From contig JBBRLQ010000002.1 of the NCBI GenBank assembly GCA_038231275.1, forward strand, positions 576,001 through 640,000: a stretch of 64,000 nucleotides of DNA, in the 5' to 3' direction. This DNA comes from Polyangiales bacterium. GTDB lineage: Bacteria > Myxococcota_A > Polyangia > Polyangiales > Polyangiaceae. Both the position numbers and the translations under genes were made by a program. Positions within the stretch are counted from its first letter, which is position 1, and each line of letters begins with the position of its first letter. Below the pieces are notes generated by a model. The model was given only the letters and a program-made list of their open reading frames with translations, made no database searches and was not told the DNA's origin. Below are positions 21,866 to 30,841 of this stretch, piece by piece.

Positions 21866-22643
21866 ATGAGCACGCTCGAATTCGTGGACGTCGCGACCGC
21901 GCGCAGCGCGCCGGGCGTGCGGATGGTCGTCTCCGGCCTCGTGCCGAGCCCGTGGTCCGAGGCCGCCAAGGGTGTCTTCAAGATCGCCGGGGTCCCGGTG
22001 GTCGGCGTTCGCCGGATGCGCGACGGGGCCGAGATCGCCGCGTGGACCGGCGCCGATGCCGGTGGTGGTGTACGGCGCCGAGCCCGTACGCACGCATTGG
22101 GCGGCGATCACCACGCTCGCGGCGCGCCTCGCCGGACCCGACGTGGTGCTCCCCACGGAGGTCGCGGCGCGCGCCGAGACGATGGGCATCCTCCACGAGC
22201 TCGCGGGCGAGGGCGGCCTCGGCTGGAACGCGCGCCTCGCGATGATCGACATCACCCTCACCACCGGCGGCGCGCGCGGCTTTCCCCTCCCGGTCGGCCA
22301 GCGTCTCGCGGAGCGCTACGGGTACACGCCGGAGGGTGCGCAGACCAGCCGCGCCCGGGTCGAGCAGCAGCTAAAGTGGCTCCACGCACGTCTCCGCGCG
22401 CAGCACGCGCTCGGGCACGCCTACCTCGGCGGCGCGCGCATCTCCGCGCTCGACGTCTATCTCGCGACGTTTCTCACTCCCCTCTCGGAGATCCGGGCCG
22501 AGGACTGTCCCGATCTCGTGCCGCTGCTGCGCCAAGCGTTCGGCTGCGCGCACGAGGTGCTCGGCGCGCTCGTCCCCGCGGAGCTCGCGGCGCACCGCAA
22601 GATGATCTTCGAGCGTCACCTCACATGGCCGATCGCGCTCTGA
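21866..22643 (+). pseudogene. Glutathione S-transferase-like gene split by a frameshift near 22050-22058
   Basis: First frame MSTLEFVDV...PSPWSEAAKGVF...AAWTGA. Continues in the +1 frame as PVVVYGAEPVRTHW...YLGGARISALDVYLATF. Confidence 0.72.
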
Positions 22644-22667
22644 TCGCAGCAGAGCGACGCGCAATGC

Positions 22668-23096
22668 TCACTTTTTGGTGGTCTTCTTCGTGCTCTTCTT
22701 CGTGGCGCGCGCGGCGGAGTTGGCCGCCACCGCTGCGCGAACGAGCTGTTTGAAGGCAGTTGCGTTGATCTTCTCGCCCTCGCGGACATCGATCGCGCGC
22801 CGCGTGTTCCCTTCCAAGCTGGAGTTGAAGAGCTTCTTCGGATCGGCGAGGGAGGCGCCGCGCGCGAAGGTGAGCTTCACGACCTGCTTGTACGACTCCC
22901 CGGTGCAGACGATCCCGTCATGGGAAAAGACGGGAGTCCCCATCCACTTCCACTCCTCCACGATCTCCGGCTCGGCGTCGTGAATGAGCGTACGGAGGTG
23001 AGCGAGCGTCTCTCCTCTCCAATCCCCGAGCTCTTCGATCCGCTCGGTGATCTTCGCGGAGGCGTCGTCGCCATTCGGATGCACTTTGGGAGTCAT
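22668..23096 (-). CDS. DUF1801 domain protein
   Basis: LGDWRGETLA, EEWKWMGTPVFSHDG, KLTFARGASLADP..LFNSSLEGNTRRAID. Confidence 0.92.
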   Translation of the reverse strand: MTPKVHPNGDDASAKITERIEELGDWRGETLAHLRTLIHDAEPEIVEEWKWMGTPVFSHDGIVCTGESYKQVVKLTFARGASLADPKKLFNSSLEGNTRRAIDVREGEKINATAFKQLVRAAVAANSAARATKKSTKKTTKK

Positions 23097-23119
23097 GATC
23101 TCTGCGCTCCTTCGTAGCG

Positions 23120-23530
23120 TCAGCCCGCCGTGGCCAACGCCGACGTCTTCCGTCGATAGAAATAGTAGGAGAGGGCTTCGAGGACGAACGTTCCCACCGA
23201 CCAGCCCCACGCCGCCACGCCCTCACCCACCGAGAGGTGCGCGATCAGCGCCGAGACGAGGACGATGGCGAACCCCGCATAGGCCCACTCCTTCAGCACC
23301 CGCGGGGCCATGGGCAGGACCAGGACGGCGATCCCAAGGAGCTTCGCGACGCAGAGCTCGATGCGAAAGTAGTCCGGGAATCCGAGGCGGGCGAAGACTT
23401 CGGCGGCTTGGGGGATGCGAAGGTGCGCGTACGCCGTGAAGCCCATCTGGAGCGCGAACAGCGCCGTGAAGACCCAGTACGCGGTCACTGCGCCCTTGGA
23501 ATTCTTCGTGCTGCCGTCCCGCGCCTTCAC
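23120..23530 (-). CDS. DoxX family membrane protein
   Basis: AYWVFT, FARLGFPDYF, AKLLG, LKEWAYAGF. GTG start overlaps the upstream stop (GTGA). Confidence 0.9.
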   Translation of the reverse strand: MKARDGSTKNSKGAVTAYWVFTALFALQMGFTAYAHLRIPQAAEVFARLGFPDYFRIELCVAKLLGIAVLVLPMAPRVLKEWAYAGFAIVLVSALIAHLSVGEGVAAWGWSVGTFVLEALSYYFYRRKTSALATAG

Positions 23531-23967
23531 GCAATCTCCGCCAGAACCGCGCCCAAGCGCTGGCCCACCATGAACTGCCAGCCCATCTTGGCGCCTTGGA
23601 AAAACCTCGCCTCCCCTTTGCCGGTCCGGAAGCCCGAGTGCTCCAGACGCAGCAACGTGCCGCCGGTCCTGGTCGGCGTCAGCGTCCACGTGACCACCGT
23701 GTCGTCGAGGCCGCCGCCTCCCCACGAATAACGAAGGCGCGTGTGCGGCTCGATCTCCTGCATTTTGCAATTCACGGTCCCATCCCACCCCGGGCCCGAC
23801 GGCGCCTTGAACGTGAAGGCTTTCCCGATGACAGGGTCCAGATCGGTCGACATGAGCCACTTCGCGAGCAGCGCGGGCTCGGTGAGCGCGCGCCACACCT
23901 TCGCGGGTGCGTGGGGGAGGTCGAGCTCCATCGAGATCGACTGTGTCTCTTCGGCCTTGTCGTTCAT
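23527..23967 (-). CDS. SRPBCC/AHSA1-like protein
   Basis: LPHAPAKVWRALTEPALLAKWLM, RLRYSW, LRLEHSGF, GW. Confidence 0.9.
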   Translation of the reverse strand: MNDKAEETQSISMELDLPHAPAKVWRALTEPALLAKWLMSTDLDPVIGKAFTFKAPSGPGWDGTVNCKMQEIEPHTRLRYSWGGGGLDDTVVTWTLTPTRTGGTLLRLEHSGFRTGKGEARFFQGAKMGWQFMVGQRLGAVLAEIA

Positions 23968-24281
23968 TCGTCCATCTCCTCGAGCAACGCTCGAAGCCCT
24001 TCGAGCCGTTCGACCCAGAACGCTTGGTAGTGCGCGATCCAATCGACGAGCGGGCGCAGCCCCGTCAGCTTGACGCGGTAGTAGACGAGGCGGCCCTCGC
24101 GACGCTCGTCGACGAGGCCCGCCTCACGAAGCACCGCGAGGTGCTGGGACACGGCCGGCTGCGAAATGCCCGCGCGAGGGGTGAGGTCCCGCACGGCCGC
24201 CTCGCCCTTCGTCAGCTGCTCGAAGAGCGCTCTGCGACTCGGGTCGGCCAAGGCGCGGAAGACACGGTCCTGGCTGAGCAC
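23964..24281 (-). CDS. ArsR/SmtB family regulator
   Basis: VFRALADPSRR...SQPAVSQHLAVLREAGLV..RREGR. Confidence 0.93.
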   Translation of the reverse strand: MLSQDRVFRALADPSRRALFEQLTKGEAAVRDLTPRAGISQPAVSQHLAVLREAGLVDERREGRLVYYRVKLTGLRPLVDWIAHYQAFWVERLEGLRALLEEMDE

Positions 24282-24285
24282 GTCA

Positions 24286-24311
24286 AATCAATAAGCCACG
24301 GCTTATTGATT
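24286..24311. promoter_or_regulatory. Probable ArsR operator (perfect 12-2-12 inverted repeat)
   Basis: AATCAATAAGCC-AC-GGCTTATTGATT a few bp upstream of the ArsR start. Confidence 0.7.
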
Positions 24312-24329
24312 GTCAAGTCAGCCCCGCGC

Positions 24330-26114
24330 TCAGAGCCGTGGGCGCCACATCGCGGTGCCGAGGACCATGAAGGCCTTCACGTCGTCGCCGGTGATGGCCT
24401 CGCCTTGCACCGTGAAGAGGAGCACCGAGCTCGGAAAGATCATCGCGGTGCCGCCGAACGCCGACTGCACGAGCGAGGAATGGATCGAGCGGTATTGAAT
24501 GGTCGCGTAGCGGTAGTAGCTCGAGAGATCGAGGACATCGCGGAAGAGGCTCACGCCCGGGCCCGCGCTGCCGCCGTACATGTCGAGGTAGGTCGCGTGC
24601 GAGTAGTTCGCGGACGCGTCGATGCGAAGGATCTTGGCGATGCGAACGACCCGGGCCGCGGCGAAACCGCCCGTCATGCTCGGCTCGTCGCTCACGCCGA
24701 GATCGCCGACCCTGGTGCCGCCGAGGACCAGCGAGAACGTGCCCAGCTCGACGCCGGCGTCGATCGCGCCGACCGCCCGCTTGCTCACCTTTCCGTCGCA
24801 CACCTCGGGGGCCGGAGGAGCGCCGACGGCGGCGGGGATGGTTCGGCAGAACCAGGTGATGGGCAGGTACGAGGCGAGCCAGCGCGAGCGAATCGGTTGG
24901 CGAATGTCGGTACGGACGCCGAATTGGAAGGGGCCGATGCGCGTCGACGCGTCGAAGCCCGCGGCGGTGAGCTCGATCGCCGAAGCTCCCCAAGGGTTGT
25001 CCTTCGAAAAATTCGTGACCTCGAACGTGCCGCCGATGCGCGCGGGTCCTGGGTAGATCCCGACCACGCCCGAGACGCGGCGCTCGTCGAGAGATCCGCC
25101 GAACGTCGTGCCGTGCGCGACGAGCGCGGCTTCGGGGCGCAGGTCCGCCTCCGGTCGACTGAACGCTGCTTCTACGCCGAAGCGCTGCGCGTCGACGGCC
25201 GGCGCGCCGCTCAGCGGATCGGGCAAGACGCCGCCGAACGCGCCGACCGAGAATCCGCCGCCGACGGGCGCCCGCAGGCGGAGACCGTCGAGCGTGCCCA
25301 GCGTGCTCGCCGCGTAGCGCATGCGCCCGATCCCCGCGAAATAGCCGGCGCGGCTGTAGCTGGCGAGGGCCTCGCGGAGCCAGATCGTCGGACGCGCCGA
25401 TCCCCCATCGCGTGTGCTGAGGGGCGTCGCGGCCCAACGCTGGACCGACGCGTCGAAGTCGAACGCGACCGGCGCGGCGAACGGCTCGGCGTGGATGCGC
25501 GCGTTGATCTCCACGTGGCCGATCCCCGCGCCACGCGGCCCGATCGGGAGCAGCGCGCCCGCCGATGTCGACAGACGAACGTCCCAACGCCGGCTGCGCT
25601 CCGCGTCACCCAGGGGGACATACTTCGGCTTCTGCGCGCTCGCCGGCGCGGTCTCGTCCGTCCACCCCTGCTGCCACGTCGCCAGCGGCCGCGGCGGCGG
25701 GAGCTCCTTCGCCTTCTCGGTATCCTCGCCGACGATCGAAGCCTTCCCCTTCTCCTGCTCGCGGAGGAGATCGTCGCCGGTGTCCACGATCGCGAACGAC
25801 GCGGTCGATTGGACCACCGGGTATTCTTTGCGATCGATCGTGACCTTCGATCCTCTGTGCACGCCGCCCGCGGTGCCCGGCTTCACGTACGCCGCGCGGC
25901 CCGCGACTTCGACGACGACGACGTCGATCGACGTGGCGCCGCGCGGAGGAGGAGCCGGCGGAGGCACCGACACTGGACCGGGGGCTGGCGCGGGGACGTG
26001 CGCAGGCGCGGGCAGAGGCTTGGGCTTCGGCTTCCGCTGCGCCGCGGCCGTCGACGCGACGAGGCTCACGGCGAGCGCGAGGAGGCTCGCGACGTGGAGG
26101 ATCGAGAGCCTCAT
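24330..26114 (-). CDS. Predicted outer-membrane beta-barrel protein (porin of a porin-cytochrome module)
   Basis: Sec signal, Pro-rich linker, then many alternating amphipathic strands (FSVGAFGG, RFGVEAAF, LRIDASANY) and a terminal strand FMVLGTAMWRP. ATGA-coupled to the decaheme gene. Confidence 0.7.
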   Translation of the reverse strand: MRLSILHVASLLALAVSLVASTAAAQRKPKPKPLPAPAHVPAPAPGPVSVPPPAPPPRGATSIDVVVVEVAGRAAYVKPGTAGGVHRGSKVTIDRKEYPVVQSTASFAIVDTGDDLLREQEKGKASIVGEDTEKAKELPPPRPLATWQQGWTDETAPASAQKPKYVPLGDAERSRRWDVRLSTSAGALLPIGPRGAGIGHVEINARIHAEPFAAPVAFDFDASVQRWAATPLSTRDGGSARPTIWLREALASYSRAGYFAGIGRMRYAASTLGTLDGLRLRAPVGGGFSVGAFGGVLPDPLSGAPAVDAQRFGVEAAFSRPEADLRPEAALVAHGTTFGGSLDERRVSGVVGIYPGPARIGGTFEVTNFSKDNPWGASAIELTAAGFDASTRIGPFQFGVRTDIRQPIRSRWLASYLPITWFCRTIPAAVGAPPAPEVCDGKVSKRAVGAIDAGVELGTFSLVLGGTRVGDLGVSDEPSMTGGFAAARVVRIAKILRIDASANYSHATYLDMYGGSAGPGVSLFRDVLDLSSYYRYATIQYRSIHSSLVQSAFGGTAMIFPSSVLLFTVQGEAITGDDVKAFMVLGTAMWRPRL

Positions 26115-27145
26115 CGGCGCGCTCCTCCCGGGTGGCAGCTGAGGCACGAGGCACCGTCGCTCGCGACCGGTTTCTTGTGCTGCTGCATCAGGCGCATCGG
26201 ATCGTGCGTGTGGCAGCCGATGCATCGCACCGCGCGGGGCACCGCCGGCGAGGAGTGGCAGTCCTCGCAGGTCGCGGTGCGGTGCACGCCGAACGAAATC
26301 GGGAACCGCAGATCGTGGCCGGCCGGCGCAGCACGCAGACCGCTCGTCACCGCGCTCGTCCCGGTTCCTGGGATCGTCGCCGGCACCCACGCGATCGCGC
26401 GGTGGCAAAGGCTGCAATCGCGAGGGAACGGCGGGGTCGTGGCGTCACCCACGTGAGAAGGCCGCAGATCAGGCCGGCGGAAGTCCTTCTCGTGACAGGC
26501 GAAGCACTCGATGGGCGCGCCCGTCCAGCGGTGCTCGCTGGCGCGGCGATGGCACTCCGAGCAGTCCGCGAGCACGTGCATCCCGGTCAGCGGGAAGCGC
26601 GTCATGCGATGGATCTCGAGCGGCCTCGTCACCTTCCATCCGGCCGGCGAGTGGCAGTTGTCGCAGGATCGCGAGAGGCGCCCGCGATGGAAGTCCTCGT
26701 GGCAGCTGATGCACGATCGCTTGATGGCGCGCGTGCTGTTGTGGCACGAGACGCACGACGCGTGAATGTGCTGTCCGGTGAGCGGAAAGCCGGTGGTCGA
26801 GTGATCGAACTTCACCTCGCCGCCCGCCGCGTCCTTGTCCTTCCACGCGGTGGTGGAGTGGCATGCGCTGCACGCAACCGCGTCGGTGAAGCTCCGCTTG
26901 GCGGCCGCGCCCGCGGGGGATGGCGAGGTCGCGGCCTGCGTTGCGGACGGGGCCGGTGCGGCGGGCGGGGGGGACGAGGCCGACGGCGGCGGCGGGGCGG
27001 ACGAAGCGGACCACGCGGACGGCGCCGGCGCGAGAGGCGGGGGGCCGCCCGCCGGGGTTGCGCCCGGCTGCGCAAACGCGATCGGAGCGAGCGCGGCCAC
27101 GAACAGGCACAGCGCGAGCGCGAGGGTGCGGGGCGCGGTCGTCAT
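26111..27145 (-). CDS. Decaheme c-type cytochrome
   Basis: Signal peptide, Pro/Ala linker, 10 CxxCH, FDH..TGFPLTG.H repeats. Confidence 0.92.
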   Translation of the reverse strand: MTTAPRTLALALCLFVAALAPIAFAQPGATPAGGPPPLAPAPSAWSASSAPPPPSASSPPPAAPAPSATQAATSPSPAGAAAKRSFTDAVACSACHSTTAWKDKDAAGGEVKFDHSTTGFPLTGQHIHASCVSCHNSTRAIKRSCISCHEDFHRGRLSRSCDNCHSPAGWKVTRPLEIHRMTRFPLTGMHVLADCSECHRRASEHRWTGAPIECFACHEKDFRRPDLRPSHVGDATTPPFPRDCSLCHRAIAWVPATIPGTGTSAVTSGLRAAPAGHDLRFPISFGVHRTATCEDCHSSPAVPRAVRCIGCHTHDPMRLMQQHKKPVASDGASCLSCHPGGARR

Positions 27146-28983
27146 AGCTCCGCCCGCGCTTCGTGAGGGTTGGCGTGGCAGAACTTGCACTCGTTCGACG
27201 AGAGCCGCCACCGGATGGTCGGCTTGGCTTCACCGCGTACCGGCGCCATCGCGTGGCACTTCACGCACTCGGCCTTCGCGTGCTTCCCGGTCAACGCCCA
27301 GCCGGTGATCGCGACGTGATCGAAGCCCGGGATCTTGAACGCCTTCGTCGAGTGACACTTGTCGCACTCCTGCACCGGGGCCTTCATGCGGAACTGGCCG
27401 AGGTGAATGTCCTCGTGGCAGCCGCCGCAGTTGCGTGGCACGCCGCGGTAGCTCGCGCCGCTTCCCTTCTTGCGATCTTCGGGCGTCGGGTGGTGGCAGC
27501 TGTCGCACTGGGCCGTGGCGTGCACGCCGGTCAGCGGCCAGATGCGGTGATCGATCTTCGGGAGCTTCCATCCATTCGACTCGTGGCACTGCGCGCAGCC
27601 CCCGATCGCCATCTCTTTCGCGAACTGGTTGCCGTGCGGATTCGCGTGGCAGTCGGCGCACACTTGCTTGACGACGTGGAGATCCATGCGCGGGCGCGCC
27701 GCCTTGTGGCACTCGGAGCACGGCGTCGCGATGTGCTTGCCGATGAGCGGGAAGCGCGTCGTCGCGTGCGAGACCACGCTGAAGAGCGTGGGATAGAACC
27801 CCGGCGTCGCGTGGCACGGAGCGCACTCGCCTTTGTCCGCCTTGACGAACTCGCCCTTGTGCTTGTCCTCGTGGCAGTCTGCGCAGCGACCGAACGCGAG
27901 CTTTCGGTAGCGTGCCTCTCGTGGGATCTCCGGTTTGTGGCAGCCCGCGCACGGCGTGGCCTCGTGCTTGCCGGTGAGCGGGTACTCTGTCCGCGGATGG
28001 GCGGCGAGGCCGACGGACCGCGCCAGACCGAGCCACTGGATCGACGCGTGGCAGCTCCCGCACGCGCGTCCGAACGGCGCCTTGTGGATCGGCCGATGGC
28101 ACGACGCGCACTCTCGTCCCTTCGAAGGTGCGACGAGGTTGCCCTTGTCGTGGCACGTCTTGCACGCGACCTGCGCGTGTCCGTTGCCGAGGCTCGTGCC
28201 CGGATGCTTCGCGCCGCCGTGCTTGAACGTCACCGGCTTCCACTTCGTGTCCTCGTGGCAGTCGGGGCACGACGGACCGAGGCGCCCGTCGTGGACGTCC
28301 TTGTGGCAATCCTGGCAGACGGCGAACTTGAGCCCGACGTACTTCGGCGGCTCCATGTGGCACTTCGCGCAGAGGACCTTCTGGTGCGCGCCGCGCAGCG
28401 GAAACTTCGAGAGATCGTGGTCGAAGGTCTTGAGGTTGAGCTCCTTCCACGCCGTCTCGTTGTGGCAGTTGAGGCACGTCGCTCCGAAGCGCCCTTGGTG
28501 TTGATCCTTGTGGCACGGCACGCACGTCGTCCCGAGGCCGAGGAACGTCGGGTTGCCGCGCGCGTTGCTCTTGGTGTGGCACTTGTTGCACGCCGTCGTC
28601 TGGTGCGCGCCGTTCAGCGGCCAGCCGGTCTGCGCGTGATCGAGCTTGGTCTGATCTCCACCGGGCCATCGCATGAGCGCCCTCGCGCCCAGGTGCTCGG
28701 CGTGGCATTTCTCGCACGCCTGCCCCTTGAACTGGCGGCCGTGGAGGCCTTGCCCCGCCGCGATCCGCCCGCCGAGATCGCCGTGGCACTTGAGGCAGCC
28801 GCTCTGGTCGACGCGCTTTCCGGAGCTGTGGCATTCGCTGCAGTGCGTGTCTCCTTCGAGCGAGGCGTGCGCCTTCGACATCGGCCCCGGCGAAAGAAGC
28901 TGCGCGCGCGCGACACGGGCGGACACCATCACCAGAAAGGCGACCGCAACGCCGAGGACCACGCGGACGAGCGTCCGCTTCAT
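27142..28983 (-). CDS. Multiheme c-type cytochrome, 23 CxxCH (periplasmic)
   Basis: MKRTLVR signal, LSPGPMSKAH, 23 CxxCH in triheme repeats H..T.(F/W)PL.G.H. ATG overlaps the upstream TAA. Confidence 0.93.
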   Translation of the reverse strand: MKRTLVRVVLGVAVAFLVMVSARVARAQLLSPGPMSKAHASLEGDTHCSECHSSGKRVDQSGCLKCHGDLGGRIAAGQGLHGRQFKGQACEKCHAEHLGARALMRWPGGDQTKLDHAQTGWPLNGAHQTTACNKCHTKSNARGNPTFLGLGTTCVPCHKDQHQGRFGATCLNCHNETAWKELNLKTFDHDLSKFPLRGAHQKVLCAKCHMEPPKYVGLKFAVCQDCHKDVHDGRLGPSCPDCHEDTKWKPVTFKHGGAKHPGTSLGNGHAQVACKTCHDKGNLVAPSKGRECASCHRPIHKAPFGRACGSCHASIQWLGLARSVGLAAHPRTEYPLTGKHEATPCAGCHKPEIPREARYRKLAFGRCADCHEDKHKGEFVKADKGECAPCHATPGFYPTLFSVVSHATTRFPLIGKHIATPCSECHKAARPRMDLHVVKQVCADCHANPHGNQFAKEMAIGGCAQCHESNGWKLPKIDHRIWPLTGVHATAQCDSCHHPTPEDRKKGSGASYRGVPRNCGGCHEDIHLGQFRMKAPVQECDKCHSTKAFKIPGFDHVAITGWALTGKHAKAECVKCHAMAPVRGEAKPTIRWRLSSNECKFCHANPHEARAEL

Positions 28984-29891
28984 TAGAAGATCCACCGAAA
29001 GCCGTAGTACCAGGCGACGCCGATGTGCACCGACACGCTGAGGACCATCAAGAGCGCGAGGAAGCGATGAATCGAGCGCCACGAGCGCATCACCGCTCCG
29101 CCGGCGTGCGTGTCGACTTCCGAGGCCGCGAGCTGGCCGAGCTCCTCGATGAGCGCGCGAACGAACTTGGGGTCTTTTACTTCGACCACGCGCGCGAGCT
29201 TGTCGCCTCGAACGGCCTCTCCCATTCCGCGCCGCCGTTGCCTGGCCTCGAGGATCCAACGCGGCATCGTCACAACCGCGCGAAAGATCGACGCGTCGGC
29301 CGGGAGCCGCGTCACCGGCGCCGTCTTGACGAACTCCTCCACGCGCTTCGCGACGCCGGGCAACAGCGGCTGAATCTCCGCGAGTCGGTCCTTGAGCGGC
29401 TTGAGACCCGCCTTTGGGACGAGCGCGTAGAGGTAGAGGCCGATGAGGCCCGTGAGGACCACGATGCCGAGGCTCACCGACGTGAGCGTCGCGATCGGCG
29501 TGCGCAGCTGGAACGCCGAGTGGAACACCACGAGCAGCGACCCCACGAGCCCGGTGAAGACGTGGATGTTGAGCCACGTCTTCATGGTGCCGAACGAGTC
29601 TGGGATGTAACGGGCGAACCGCCGCCGCACGAGGTAGAGCAGGTTCGTCAGGATCAGCGCGGTCCCGACGATGCCGTAGCCGTGGCCCAAGAACCCGGAG
29701 GGGCTCAGCGTCCGGAAGTCCTGATGGTCGACGCGGGCGTCGAGGGAGAGCCGGTAGTAGCTCATGCCGCGCCAGAAGAGGAGCGCGGTCAGGAGCACGA
29801 GAATGAGCACCGTGAGGACCAGCGCGATGCGCCGCGGCTTCGCCGGCTCCGGCCCACCCGCGGGTCCGCTCGTCGTGACGACCTGGCTCAT
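28983..29891 (-). CDS. Integral membrane protein with four intramembrane His (cytochrome b/ferric-reductase-like, inferred)
   Basis: About 5 TM segments. WLNIHVFTG, VVFHSAF, WRSIHRF, SVHIGV. Coupled to the 23-heme gene. Confidence 0.7.
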   Translation of the reverse strand: MSQVVTTSGPAGGPEPAKPRRIALVLTVLILVLLTALLFWRGMSYYRLSLDARVDHQDFRTLSPSGFLGHGYGIVGTALILTNLLYLVRRRFARYIPDSFGTMKTWLNIHVFTGLVGSLLVVFHSAFQLRTPIATLTSVSLGIVVLTGLIGLYLYALVPKAGLKPLKDRLAEIQPLLPGVAKRVEEFVKTAPVTRLPADASIFRAVVTMPRWILEARQRRRGMGEAVRGDKLARVVEVKDPKFVRALIEELGQLAASEVDTHAGGAVMRSWRSIHRFLALLMVLSVSVHIGVAWYYGFRWIF

Positions 29892-30011
29892 TGGCTCCCC
29901 AGGAGACCAGAGACGCGCGCGCTCGTACCAGACAAATCCGGCGCACTCCTGCCCTCCGCGATCGATCCTCGAGCGGATCTTCGGCTCAGCGTCATCCGTG
30001 CCTGGTGTGAA

Positions 30012-30635
30012 TCAGAATCCGTCGGAGCGGCGCGCCGCGAGTGCGACCGCGCTCACCGTCTGCGGCGGCGCCCGGCGAGGCGCGCGAGTGGCCTTGCGCG
30101 AGTTTCTCTTCTCCGGCGTCGCGGTGGCCGACGGCGCGTCCTTCGCCGGCTTCGCCTCCGGCGTGATCGGCTTGGCGGCAGGGGCGACCGGAGAGACCGC
30201 AGCGAGCGGCGAGACCGGTGCGACGTTGGTGACCGTCGGCGGTGCAGCGATCGGCGCGGCGACCGGCGCAGGTGCAGGCGCGGCTACCGCGGCGACGACT
30301 GCAGGAGCAGCGACGGGCGCATCCGTCGCGCCGCGCCCCAGAACGATCGCGTGCCCTCGCTCGACGATGAACGACCGCGTCGACCCATCCACGAAGATCG
30401 CGCCGACGACGACGAGGAGGGCCGCGGCGATTACGTACCGGACCTTCCCGTGACGCTTCTTCGGGGCGATGCCCTGAAGCGCGTTGAAGAACGCCGGGCT
30501 CAGCTCGACGAGGGCCGTCTGAATTTCCGTGAGCGACTCGAACGCCCTGCGGATGACCGGCGGGTCGTAGTCCGTCGCGTCTAGGAGGGCCAATCGACGC
30601 GCGCTCGAGGGGGGAGGGTTAGCCACGTTCGACAT
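30012..30635 (-). CDS. Hypothetical single-pass membrane protein with Pro/Ala-rich tail
   Basis: One hydrophobic helix VIAAALLVVVGAIFV and a low-complexity C-terminus. Confidence 0.55.
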   Translation of the reverse strand: MSNVANPPPSSARRLALLDATDYDPPVIRRAFESLTEIQTALVELSPAFFNALQGIAPKKRHGKVRYVIAAALLVVVGAIFVDGSTRSFIVERGHAIVLGRGATDAPVAAPAVVAAVAAPAPAPVAAPIAAPPTVTNVAPVSPLAAVSPVAPAAKPITPEAKPAKDAPSATATPEKRNSRKATRAPRRAPPQTVSAVALAARRSDGF

Positions 30636-30788
30636 GCGCTCTGTAGGTGGGGTGCCAGCCTTTGGAGGCGGCAGGAAAGAGCAGTCACCGGCAAAAAATC
30701 GCCTGCTTACCTGGATCTTCGACGCACCGGCGGCGTCGCGCCGCGCGCTTGAGCTATCGCCAAATGACCATGAATCGCGTAGTTAGAG

Positions 30789-30806
30789 TGGATCGTAAAC
30801 GATCCA
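30789..30806. promoter_or_regulatory. Palindrome GGATCG-N4-CGATCC (copy 1), candidate operator or hairpin
   Basis: TGGATCGT-AA-ACGATCCA in an AT-rich gap. Related copy at 35355-35370. Confidence 0.4.
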
Positions 30807-30841
30807 GCCGCTCGTTGCTCCTCTAGTTAGTACTCCAACGC

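Noticed and set aside
19948-22245. 765-aa plus-strand ORF
   Set aside because: Shadow of the minus-strand lipoproteins.
23907-26456. 849-aa plus-strand ORF
   Set aside because: Antisense to the barrel and ArsR genes, with no protein-like features.
28984-29946. N-terminal extension of the 934-aa cytochrome ORF
   Set aside because: Overlaps the membrane gene in another frame. The signal peptide and TAATG coupling place the start at 28983.
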